A stretch of 63,995 bases of DNA, filler included, from Hausera hauseri (Eukaryota): NCBI GenBank assembly GCA_046269625.1. It is 12 parts of 12 records of this genome, joined end to end, with 100 filler letters (N's around TTAATTAATTAA, not from the genome) between each part and the next. Parts side by side here need not be neighbours in the genome. Positions count along the whole stretch, not along the records: positions 44,317 to 49,866 come from JBJURY010232739.1; positions 49,967 to 54,375 come from JBJURY010595445.1; positions 54,476 to 59,942 come from JBJURY010248404.1; 9 more parts are not named here. One strand, given 5' to 3'. Of this stretch, positions 47,411 through 60,042 are shown piece by piece. A model generated the notes under the pieces. The model saw only the letters and a list, made by a program, of their open reading frames with translations. It searched no databases and had not been told where the DNA came from. The first letter of the stretch is position 1; each line of letters starts with the position of its first letter. Position numbers and translations under genes: made by a program.

Positions 47411-47948
47411 TTTACCTTTAAAATTGAATTAATATAAACAGGAAAATAAAAATTATGCAATACTTTTACACACTACATATATGTGCCGAGATTAATTGAT
47501 CTATTATTGCATCTGTTGCAGTCACGTCGGAGTCTCAGTAGCAGAAAAAATTGACAAAGGGATTTTGTGAACATAGAAAATATTGTCAACAATCAATAAT
47601 CAATTGTTACTAATTTTATGGCCACACAAAATCACAAAATTGAAAAATCAATGGACATATTTTGGTGGATAATATTATAGTTTGAATATGAATTATTCAA
47701 CAACAAATAGAATTGGATAAAAAACTATTTTTCTTGTCAATTTTATTTAAAACGAAAATTCACAAAATCCATCAAATTAAAAACTCAAATAGTACATTGG
47801 ATATCAGACTGACTATTCGATGACGTAATTTCTCACAAATCCACTCACTGATTCATCAAATCCATCGTCGTCAAATCGGTACCATACAAAGAAGCTAATG
47901 CAGTATATAATCAATGCCATTCTGACTACATTCACTCATTGAAATAAC

Positions 47949-48609
47949 ATGTCTACTTGTATTCCTGAAATTGACAAGGAAGTGAGCACTCTAGTCAACA
48001 AGATGCTCTGTGTCTGTGAGACGTACCGAGAAATGTGGGTCAAATGTCTGAGTGAAGAAGTTAACCTTCCAGTGTTGAGTCGTCTGTTCGAACTGATTGC
48101 TACTCTCCAACGAAACAAAATCGCCGAATTCATTCGATTTTTTGTATGTCGAGGATGCAAAATTACATTTTCTTCAGTGAAACCGATCGAGAATTTTGTG
48201 AACAAGAAGCCAGTAGAAATGTTGAAGATATTGCTGAGTGGTGAAGAGGACATCCACACGGTATACTCTGACAATAGTTTATTAGTTTATTGTAAATATT
48301 TAGCGAACTGTTCATCTGTGTAAATTGGCCTTCGAGAAAGGGGATGTTTCACTGACGGCATTTTTGGAAGACCGAGTTATTCTGAGACAAGTGAAAATAA
48401 TCCACAAGAGAAAATGTATGCTTCATGATATGGAAAGACGAGTTGATGAATTAACTCCATTGTTGGTCGATAATTTGACAATCTGGGAAGAAGTGAAAAA
48501 ATTGGAAAAGCATCTTCGATTCGAAACAATTCGTGAAGAATGGTACGAAACAGCGGATAAGAAAGACCGAAAATACCTTGATCTGATTGGATCCACCACA
48601 CGATTTTGA
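47949..48609 (+). pseudogene. Frameshifted gene with ankyrin-like repeats
   Basis: EFIRFFVCRGCKI, VEMLKILLSGEEDI and LAFEKGDVSLTAFLE resemble ankyrin consensus. Upstream TGACGTAA and TATATAA; AATAAA at ~48646. Confidence 0.4.
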
Positions 48610-49966
48610 AGATGTTGAAAATTTGTCTCTTGATAGAAAATAGCCAATAAATATTGCATAACAATTTGTTGTTTATTTTTTTTGTCATGGAGTTTTTAAG
48701 GTTCTTATAGACATGGTGTATTGATATAAGTTTTTGTTACAATGATCGATGGTAACTGATGGTAAATATAATAATACTGTTGAGTAACAATTGTGGACAT
48801 TTGAATTCATAAATGCTTTGTATGATAGTAAATATTGACAATGATAAATGTGATGGAAATGTCTTGAAACATTTGCAGTATTTGAGAAGTGTCCAAATGT
48901 TTGTATGAAAATTATGAATTTGATAGTAACGATTCAGAGTACAATTGAGATAAACATTTGTGTAAACTTTGACAATGATTTAAAATTGCTTAATTTAGTA
49001 TTTTGGAATATTCAATATTTCAACATGAAAGAGTTTTCAAATTCTGCGTCGTTTCGCACATGTTACATTTTCCCTTTAGATGTAGGAGAATTTTGAGATT
49101 TGGCAACATTTTTGTCCTTTTCTGTGGTTATCGAACTAATAAATATTCGTCGAATATTCGACTGGTAATCTGTATTTATTCATGTATAAAGATAACATTT
49201 GTGAGTGAGCAAAGAAATATTATTGATGCGACTAATAATTAGATGAATACTTTGCTATAACATGCACGACACAGAATATCGAATTTTAGCAGGATAGTGG
49301 TTTTTGAGAGAAAAGAATATTATATGAAATTTCTAAATTATTCTGATTGTTACAAGAAATTAGAAAAATATATTTAATCACCATAGAGACCTACGGGTGA
49401 TGCTTTTACAACGGCTTCTCTTGACACTGATTTTAGGGATACTTTGTATTTACATCAAATGTGTAATAAAAGAGGAAAATAAAGATTATCATGCTCCAAA
49501 TTATCAATACAGCAACACCTGGAACTGTTATAAACCTGACTTAAGTGCATAGAAAACATAATAATTCGATCTCACAAGAGATCATTTTTTACTGCTACAC
49601 AGGGCTTTTTATAACAAATAATCACAAAGTCATACAAAATATAATGATGACTAATAATATGAAAAGGCTTTTTATCAACGAAGCCAAAATAACGAATTTG
49701 GAGCTTTTAAATGTAACATCATGTCCTACTTGTTTAAATCGCCCAACAACGTTTACGAATTATAAACTTTGACAACATCATGGTGTAACCGCTCACATTA
49801 ACGAATTTTTATTTGATGAATTTTATAGTTCGAAGCTCGTACATAGTATAACGTTTAATATTAATGNNNNNNNNNNNNNNNNNNNNNNNNNNNNNNNNNN
49901 NNNNNNNNNNTTAATTAATTAANNNNNNNNNNNNNNNNNNNNNNNNNNNNNNNNNNNNNNNNNNNN

Positions 49967-52900
49967 ATCAAATACGAACGACGGACGTACTACCTTTCCT
50001 TCTAACAGTCGTCCTAATTCACCCTTTCAAAAAAACTAAGTCCGCCGCCAGAAGTCACGGCAAACTCTGGCAAAGGCACTATTTTACTTTCTAAACGCCG
50101 ACACGTCTCTTTTGCTTTCTTTACACTAAAGGCTGCAATCACCGCTCCTACAACGCAATCTGTTGACTACCTCATTGATACAGGTACAGCGATTTCTTTA
50201 TTACCACAAACCTTCCCTGTACAAAATTCTCCATTCAGACTTAAGCACTTATACACTGCTTCAGTCCAACCGCTGCACATTTCTGGCATGGCTAAATTGT
50301 CTTTCACTTTACCAAACTTTCCTTCACGTTTCCACTGGACGTTCACAGTTGCTAACGTGCAAGCAGCAATTCTAGAATTCGACTTTCTCTCACACTATAA
50401 TTTACTCGTTGACTACAACCAACGATGTTTGAGGAAAGGCACCGTTAGCGACATTTCTGGACATATCAGTACCATTTCGACTACCGCGCAGTCGAGCGGA
50501 ATGCGGAGGTCAATCCTAAAAAAATCAATAAATAATTCAAATTTCCATAATAATCACTCAATTTGTAAATTTTTTAATATTAATACTGATATTTGATTGA
50601 AGTTCGATGTCGGTGATTGTGGTACTGCCACCAACGTTAACTCATTTGACAAAAATACTTCGTCCAACACCATTTTCAATTCGACCATCTTACACCAAAT
50701 ACCCCTTCACTGCACATCACCTAACAACTCACAAATTGCATCAGCTACTACTCAAGCCGTTTCACCACTTCCACCAAATCTCTCACAGTTACCTACAACT
50801 TTACAGCAGTTCGTCAACACATCATGCCCACGCGTACTTAAAAAAGACCGTACGTTTACTCCCGCAAACAGTACTTTACACAATATAGTTACACAGCATC
50901 AACGACCAATACGCCAAAAGGTACGGCCTCTGTCACCTCGTTGTAGGCAGGCCGTAGAAGCCGAATTTCTTGAACTAGAACATTCCGGCATAGTACGCCG
51001 TTCCAAATCTCTTTGGTCATCACCTTTACATGTTGTACAAAAAAGGACGGTACCTTTAGACCATGCGGTGACCACCGACAGCTGAACAACTTGACTATCA
51101 TGGATGCGTACCCTTTACCACTCATCAAGGATATCTTGCATCGCCTTAATTCAATTACCATCTATTCGATCATTGATTTAGCTACAGCATACAATCAAAT
51201 ACCGGTGGCACCCGAAGACATAAAAAAAACTGCTGTCACTACTCCTTTTGGTCTCTATGAATACCTGTTAATGCCATTCGGTTTGCGGAATGTCGCATAA
51301 ACTTTTCAGCGGTACATCGATTAAATTCTTTCAGATTTCCCTTTTGCACACCCTTATATCGATGATATTCTAGTCGTTTCATTTTCTTACAAACAACACG
51401 AGGAACACCTTCGCGCAATAATCCAACATCTTAACCACCATAATCTCGTAGTCAATTTCGACAAATGCCATTTCTTCAAAAAGCGCATTAACTTTTTAGG
51501 CCATGTTATTCCACCAGACAGTCATTCTCCCAAACCAGACCGAGTCGAAGCTCTTAAAAATATTCAGTTGCCACGTACAACCACCGAAATGGGCAGCTTC
51601 CTCGGTACACTACACTTTGTACATAAATATGTACCATATTGCTCCGAATTGACAGCACCATTCGCACACCTAAGCGGCGGCAAAAAACATCAGCCAATCC
51701 AGTGGACACCTGAATTAATTGACAAATTTGACAAGCTGCGCGAAGGAATTAAGACCGTCGATATTCTAACTTTCCCCAAGCCTGATGCAGAACTCATCCT
51801 TACTACAGACGCTTCAACCACGGCAGTAGGCGCTGTACTCCATTAGATCTATAAGGGAGAAAATCAACCACTAAAATTTTTCTCTCGCAAGCTAACATTC
51901 CCTAAAACCAGATATTCAACGTTTGATCGAGAACTATTGGCCATCGTTCTCGCTTGAAAGCATTTCTCCCACCTACTTGTAGCTCGTCATTTCACTAAAC
52001 AAACCAATCACAAACCCTTACTTAACATCATGACTGTGAAACACCCTTCCACACGCCAAGAACGACAAATATCATACTTATCGACATTTAACTTCCATAT
52101 TAAACATATTGACTGGGTTAACATTTTAGTTGCTGATTTTTCATCTAGATCGGTTAGTTCGATTATTTTTTTACCGATCTTTACTCAAGATCAACTTCAG
52201 CAAAACCAGCCAATTCAGGACATGCTTAATTCTTTCAAATCTTGCACAATCGTTGACGGCGTGGCTTTAGACACTTCCAAACCAGGCTATTCCGTAATAA
52301 TTTTAGCACCATCTTTGCAAAGGCAAGCATTTTACAGCGTGCATTCACTACACCATCCTGGTGTTAAAACCACTTTTCGTTTACTCCATCGACAAGTAAT
52401 TTGGTGTCAATGCATTCTGATGTGTAGGCATGGGTTAAGGAGTGTGTGGCTTGCCAAAAGTACAAAACAGCTAAACATTTAAAGCCACCACTATTCCACT
52501 TTCCCTGCACATCGCGTTTCGCATCCGTGCACATCGACATCGTTGGCCCTCTTTCTCCACACAACGGACATCAATTCATTCTCACCATGATGGACCGTTC
52601 CTCGCGATGGCCAGAAGCCATCCCCTGCGGAGCACAAACACCAACACCGTAGCTGACCTTTTCATTTGTACATAAATTAGCAGGTTTGGATCACCTCGCT
52701 TCATCATCACGAACCAGGGTCCACAGTTTGAATCCAACCTGTTTAAATCCTTGTTAACCGATTGCGGATCCATCACATACATACTACGTTTTATCACCCC
52801 AAATCAAATGGCCTCCTAGAACGTTTCCACCGAACATTGAAAACGTCACTACGAATCCTCGCAGAGTCCAACACTAGTTAGACGAATCTTCTTCCGTTTG

Positions 52901-53990
52901 TTCTGCTTGGCTGGCGAAACACTCCATCTACTTTTACAGGATGCTCACCTACTAAAGTTTTATTCGGAGCTTCTGTCCGCTCATTATTCGAACTAACCGC
53001 CCTAGACAACACTCCCACAGATGAGACGATACGGGTGACGCAAAATCACTTCGTCGAGGTCAGCAAAGATTCGTTCTGCAGGCTACTCCACAAAGACAGA
53101 ACATACTTACCCGAAGATTTGTATTCGGCAAAATTCGTATGGCTAAAGAATCAAGCGCCTTTGGGTTTCCAGCCATGGTACCTGGAAACCTATAAACTGA
53201 TACAGCTGCACTTACACAACGCCATTATCTCTAAAGATGGCAAAGAACTTGCAGTACATATTACCAACTTAAAGCCTGCTTTCTTCGTCGACGACACCGT
53301 ACCAGCTGACACACCAACCTTTTCTCATTCCTACGCTACCTGCTATCCCTATATCTATTGCTACATCTGTTCTACATTCCCCTTCTGCTCTTAATCCTGC
53401 GCCATCATTTTCTACACTTTCCACTTTTATTCCTACCACTCTCTGTTTCATCTTCCTTTTCCACTCTTTCACTCAACACAATTCAAATCTCTACTCCAAC
53501 CTTTTCCTCTCTTCCTTTATCCACCAGTACACCTTTCCTCACTCCTTCGTCTTATAACACTCTTTTCAACGCCTTTAACCAGCCATCTTTAACAATCCCC
53601 TTTTCCTTCTTCGGCCTCTTCTTCTCTTTATTCCGACTCATTTTCGCACGACAACACCTACACCAAAATCTACTAATTTTTCCCCAACCTCAATCTGTGC
53701 AAACAAACACATCGCATAAAGACACAGCACGCAGAGTCACATTCAGCAAGTATAGCAGGAAAAAATCAGTTGAAGGTACCCAACGTTTTATTCACACTAA
53801 GCTCAACTAACACAGACACTTTTCGTTATGCGAGTTTTTCTCTCTGTCCTTTTACTCTTCATAGTTTTAACTTTGCCACGGGGGCGTGATGTGGTGCCCA
53901 CAGCGGCCGGAGCCCTCTGGCCCATTCGGTTGGGCACGGCCGAGCGTCCGTTGGCCCCGATTTTCTGCCTCTTTTGTAAACTGTGTACAT
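49967..53990 (+). mobile_element. Decayed Ty3/Gypsy element copy A (gag end, PR, RT, RH, IN, PPT, partial 3' LTR)
   Basis: LIDTG (~50175), W.SPLHVV, DAYPLP, MPFGLRN, YIDD (~51355), TDAS, HIDIVGP, WPEA. PPT GGGGGCGTGA, then LTR start TGTGGTGCCC at 53890. Confidence 0.95.
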
Positions 53991-54168
53991 CGCTCCTCTT
54001 CCACAACAATTACCTCCTGCTCAAACAGCAATCTCCTCTCATCCGTATGACTCGATGCATCACGTCAACATGATCCAGAAAATACCCTATCAATCAAATC
54101 AAAATTTTTAACTATCCGCACCAAATTACATCAACAACGTCCAATACTTATCTCAACCACATCCTAAT

Positions 54169-54375
54169 ATGCCACGGTTTCCACAAACCATGATGAATAC
54201 TCCAGAAGCAGCTCAAATCCAGTCTCGTCGCTGTCTTCAGATTATCCATCACCACCAAGGCATGCACGATGGCAGAAAATTGACGAAATCATCACGGCAA
54301 TCATTGCAAGCATTGGTATGATCGGCAATATATTCGGTCTGTACATCATTTGTAAAATACAAGCATATAATAGCA
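54169..54375 (+). pseudogene. Possible class A GPCR N-terminus/TM1 fragment
   Basis: Ser-rich stretch followed by IITAIIASIGMIGNIFGLYII (GxxGN TM1 motif). Cut by the contig end; upstream in-frame stop. Confidence 0.4.
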
Positions 54376-54583
54376 NNNNNNNNNNNNNNNNNNNNNNNNN
54401 NNNNNNNNNNNNNNNNNNNTTAATTAATTAANNNNNNNNNNNNNNNNNNNNNNNNNNNNNNNNNNNNNNNNNNNNCTTCTGCCAAAACTATAATACATGA
54501 ACTTAAATCACCAATAATAATACAAAAGAATGAAGGGTAGGTTGCAGGGGAGAGGACATACCTACTATCATCTACCCTAGATC

Positions 54584-54586
<3 letters not shown>

Positions 54587-54641
<55 letters not shown>
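54587..54641 (+). repeat. (CT)n microsatellite
   Basis: About 27 uninterrupted CT units. Confidence 0.95.
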
Positions 54642-54644
<3 letters not shown>

Positions 54645-55329
54645 CTCTCTCAGGCATCGGCTTTCACCATTTGATCAATTTTGAAAAACTTTTTTGCTTG
54701 TTTGTGACTAGCCCATCTTCACGTCATTTTCTGTTCCAAAAGCATTTCCTTTGTGCCTCCCATAAACTTTTTAACGAATCTATATTACCATCTTAAATCA
54801 TCAGGCCTTTCTTGTCTAATTAAGTGTGCATACAACAAAACCGATTTCATTTTCAGTGACTTGATAATTGGGTACATAGGTTGTTGGTGTTACGTTCTGT
54901 CCTTTCAGTCTGTCGCATTTCATACATCTTAACTTCTTCCTTCTTAGTTAGTTGTATCAGCATGGCAAAGTATTAATGCACAATTAAATCTCTTACCATT
55001 TAAATGGGAAATGTTTCGGCTTCCCAAAGAGAATGCTACTTAAGAAGGACGATAATAGACAAAAAAATTGCAATACGTTGATAAACATATGCAACATATT
55101 ATCAGGTCGCACATTTTTGTTGTGTATTTGTCTTGCTTTTTGAAGACTGTCAGTGTATGTCTGCTTTGACTGTTTTAGCGCCATCTGGGAAGAACGTGCC
55201 CTGTAGACTGACGAAAATAAAGGAGGGCCAGCACCGTGTAGAGTACGTGTTGGAAGAAGCCGGTGAGTTGTGACTTTCTGTGTTAAATTACAAAATAACG
55301 TTGTGATAATCAATGAAAGATCATCTTTC

Positions 55330-58300
55330 TTCAAACTCCACTCTTAATCTAATTACCGATCGTTGCTCCCGATACAGTCAATGAGCACTTTCAACAGACA
55401 TGATCGGTGTTCCATAAGCAACGGCCGATTTTTGTGTTGTTCAGCAAGCATTCGGGCCAGCGATTTGTCAACTTCATTAGTGCGCAAAATGATCGTATAC
55501 ATTTTCAGAGCAAGTAGAAGAACAGCGACAAAACCCACGACTGAACACGGCATTTACTGCATCCCAATAATCGCCAATTTGGTGAGGACACAAGTTGTGT
55601 CCTTGACCGCAGCACCACATCATCCCCCGTGGCAAAATAGAAATTATGTAAGGTAAAAAGGAAAGATAAAAACAATAAATATAAAAACAATAAATCGCAA
55701 GAAAGGAACAGTGTTTAGCGCCTATTCGGTTTTAGTATGTATTAGGTGTTGTGTACCATCAAAGAACTTTTCTTTGCTGTAGGTGCTAAATGTTACTCTG
55801 CGTGCGTTACTTGATTGATTTGTGCTTGGCTGTAGAGCGACATTTTGTGATGGAAGTTTTGTGAGGTTATCTGGTTCAATGTGTAGTGTTGCTTGTGATG
55901 AAACCAATGAGGGTGATGAGGAGAATGAGTCAAGAATAAAGGCGATGTAATTGAAGGCGATGAAACAGGCTATGTAGGTAATGGAGGTGAAGAAAGTAAT
56001 GGAGATGATGAAAGGAGGGACAGAAAAGTGATTGCTGCAACGGCACAATGTTATTTAGGAAATCGTAGGGTGGAATGTGAAGAGTAAGAGTTGAATTCTA
56101 ATTTGAGGCAGAATTGGCATCCGGATTGTCATCAATGAAGAAAGCGGGCTTCAGATTCGAAATATGAACGTTGTAAGGTTTGTTTTGGCGTAATACGGTA
56201 GCTGTGTGAAATGAGAGATTCAGCAGTTTGTACGGGCAAACATATTGCGGTCTAAAATCCTAAGGCCTTTGATCGTTCAGACACACAAACTTGGCGGAGT
56301 ATAAATCCTTTGGAATATACGATTTGTTATTGTTAAAGAGACGACAAAACGAGTCTGAGCTGACCTCGACGAAATGAGATTGCGCCAATCTAGTAGAACA
56401 AATGGTAGAATGGACGTCCAATTACGATGATTGTCAGTCAAGATTATTAAAGAAATTTTCATTGTCCGATGGAACCTTCCAAGGAGGCCATTTGCTTCAG
56501 GATGATATGGTGTTGTATGGAAATGGGATATCCCCAAGCGTTTAACAAGTGATTTGAAGAGTTCCCATTCAAATTGTGAACCTTGATCCGTTATTAAATA
56601 ACGTGGGGAACGAAAACGACTTATCCAGATTTTTAAAAAGGCGTCGGCTACTGAATCAGTGTTCGTTGAACGAAGAGGAACGGATTCAGACCAGCGAGAA
56701 GCACGATCCATTATGGTAAAGATATACTGATACCCATTGTCTTAAGGTAAAGGGCCAACGAGATTAAGATGAACGGTATGAAAACGTAATGTACAGAAAA
56801 AATGGTAAAGCAGCGGTTTAAGGTGTTTGTTGATTTTTTATTTTTGCCAAACTACGCATTCCTTAACTCAGCTCTTCATATCTTTGCGCATTGATGGTCA
56901 AACGACATGACGTTGAAGCAGGCGAAAGGTTGCTTTCGAGCCCAGTTGATGGAGTGAATGCGTATGAAGGAAGGCTGGCTTTGTAAAGGTGGAGTTAGAA
57001 TGATCTTTTATTACCGGAATTAGACGCATCCAAAGCAATACCATCAATGATTTGGAAGGATTTGAAAAAGCTAGGGAAGTCAGCAGACGGTTGAATGGCC
57101 TTTAAGACTTCGGATGAGAAAATAGGCTCAACTGTAATGGAGCCAACCGACCTTGATGGAAAATCTGCTACCAAATTGTCTATACATGAAATGTATTCTA
57201 AAACAAAACTGAATGTAGACAGGTATGATATATGTCGTTCTTGCCTCGATGATGGCTGTTTTAACGACATGATATGCAGGATAGGCTTGTGGTCTGTTTG
57301 AATAACGAATGGACGAGAGAGAAGTAGGTGTTTGGAATGTTTTACTGCCAAACTATGGAGAGTAACTCAGGGTCAAATGTTAAGTAACGGCTTTCGGGTT
57401 GTGTAAGTTTCCGAGAGTAAAATTCTAATGGTTCGTCGACGCCGTTAGAGATCTGGTGTAGTATTGCACCGGTTGCTGTGGTACAGGCATCGGTGATAAG
57501 TATAAAATCTGCGTTGGGCTTTGGATAGGCTAGTGTTTCGACGGTTTTTAGGCCTTCGCGTAGGTGATCGAATTTGGTGACTAAATCAGGAGTCCACTAG
57601 ATTAACTTCCTCTTTTTTCGGATGATAGATGTGCGAAAGATGCTGTAAGCTCAGAACAATGCGATACGTATTTGTGGATGAAGTGGAACGTGTCTAAGAA
57701 ACTCCTCATATCCGTGGCAGTCGTTGGTAGCGTAATGTTTTTCAACTGTTGTAGTCGATCCGGTTGTGGAGAATGGTTGTGAGGAGTGATCACGTGGCCT
57801 AGGAAATTAACATGTTTTTGAAAGAAATGACACTTGGAGAAATTGACTTTCAAATTGCTGTGATGTAGTCTGTAAAAGATAATAAAGAGGTGTTTTTGAT
57901 GTTGTTTAACAGAGTGGAGGCAGCTAATATGTCATCAATGTATGGATGGGCAAAGTTAAGTCCTGAGAGGACGGTATCAAGGTGTCACTGAAAAGTTTGG
58001 GAAACGCAACGTAAACTAAATGGCATAAAGAAATATTCATAGAGGCCAAATGGAGTAATAATAGCAGTTTTTGGAATATCATCATGTACAAACAGAATTT
58101 GATAAGCTTTATGCAAATCAATTGTGTAGTACGTATTAGTATTGGTTAGACTGTGCGGGACGTCCTTTATAAGAGGTAAAGGGTAAGCATCCAGGGCTGT
58201 TAGATTGTTTAACTGCCGGTAGTCACCATATAGTCTGTAAGTGCCACCTTTCTTTGTTACTACATGCAATGGTGAAGCCCATGGTGATTTTAATCTTCAA

Positions 58301-59942
58301 ATAATACCAGACATTTCAAATTCACTGAACTCTAATTCAACGGCTTTTCGTCTACGAGGTGATAGTGGTCTGACCTTTGTCTGATAGGTCTTTCGTGTTC
58401 GGTGACTATATGGTGATAAGTTGTAGAAGGCGGCTTGAAGTTGACATCCTTTTTGAGTGTGCGGAAGCAATAAGTTATAATATAGGATTTGAGATTGGAA
58501 TCCAGCGATAAAAATTATTGAGGCATATCAATAGAAGCGACCGTGGATGGTATTGTGAAGAATAACCGCAAGTGCCATCACCAATACTCCGTTTACTTGC
58601 TTGTTTTAAAACCGACTTAGATATGTTAGATGTAATGGAAGAAGTGGATAAATTACTAAATGTACCGTTAATAGCCGATGAACCAGTTTTCAAATTCACA
58701 CGTGAGTTAACAGCCAAAAACAACGGAGTTTCTACTGGGTTGTTTGGAAGACATTTGTTGGCGGAGTCTCCGCGCAGCCTACAGCGATGCTTGCAATCAA
58801 CTAGCAGATCATGTGCGGCCAGAAAATCTAAGCCGATTATGTGAGATTTAATATTGGCCACATAAAATTTCCAGACAAACTTATCTAGCAAATTGGCGAA
58901 TGTGAAAATCAGTTCCGTGGCATCTGCGATGTGCAACGGTTGACCACTGGCAGTGAAAAGCGGTGGAGAGGAAACTATAGTGGATATAAGAGTGAAGGAC
59001 AAGGGAAGGAGCGAAAAGGCAGCTCCTGAATCAATAAGGAAGTCGATATGTGAAACATTGTTTGGGAGCAATGCAGCTTGTAACAGAAAAACTGCAGACA
59101 GTGTCAAGACGGCCAGAAGATTCAGCGGTACTTCCTATACCAGAATATGTCGTGGCATCTGGCGGCGTTGTTAGTTTTTTGAGTCTTGTTGGAAAAAAGA
59201 AGAGGAATGAAAAGAGCGAGGAGAAGAAGATGGAAAAAAAACTAAAATTCTTTTTATAATATTTTCATCCTGGCACGCATGATCTAGCCTGATATTGATT
59301 TTTTGTGTGATAAATGCAGATTGGGCTGTCTACTGCATAACGTCCGTCGTAAAATCGATAGCCCAAGACATTTCCTTGCGTCTCTGCGGAATTTATTATA
59401 AAAGCAAATTATTCTTCCATCTCGAGATTTGGATAGAAAGGAATGCCTGGAAAGGCTACGATCTCGAGAAACACGGTTTTCACTTCGTCGAGGCACAGAT
59501 AAATCACTAAGTTGGGCTGTAATCGCAGATTTTGATTGTTGCAATTTGTCGAATTGTTTCTGCATCATTTGCAGTTGTTGTGAGAATAAAATGGTATGTG
59601 CGTGTGATGGCATGTGCGTGGTTGCTGCAGCTACAGGCGATGTATTATTTGATTGAAGAATCTCAAAACTTTTATCAACCATTAAGCCGAGTTTTTTAAT
59701 TACCATTGAGTTGTCAACGACAGTAAGTAGTGTCCTAATGGGAGTGGATAAAGAGGAGAGGAAATGACGACAAAGCAGATATGAATTGTTGGTGGGCGTG
59801 ATTCCAAGAGCACTTAGTTGTAAAATGGAGGTATGCAGGAAGTCAGAAGGCTTTTGATTGTCTATAGCATGCTCGTTAAAGTACTTTTTTATTATATTGT
59901 CAATCTACTTTAATATTATAAACAACCCCAGCCAATAATATC
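55330..59942 (-). mobile_element. Decayed Ty3/Gypsy element copy B (more divergent relative)
   Basis: gag with a CFY..KF..DARKC knuckle-like motif, FLIDSGA, DYRQLN..DAYPLP, TDHKP, MDRASRW, YHPEANG. PPT GGGGGATGA, then LTR start TGTGGTGC at 55619; the far LTR boundary is not resolved. Confidence 0.93.
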
Positions 59943-60042
59943 NNNNNNNNNNNNNNNNNNNNNNNNNNNNNNNNNNNNNNNNNNNNTTAATTAATTAANN
60001 NNNNNNNNNNNNNNNNNNNNNNNNNNNNNNNNNNNNNNNNNN

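Noticed and set aside
53358-53729. Hydrophobic Phe/Leu-rich ORFs after integrase as env
   Set aside because: Alternative frames of a pyrimidine-rich Ser/Pro linker, with no Cys pattern or ectodomain.
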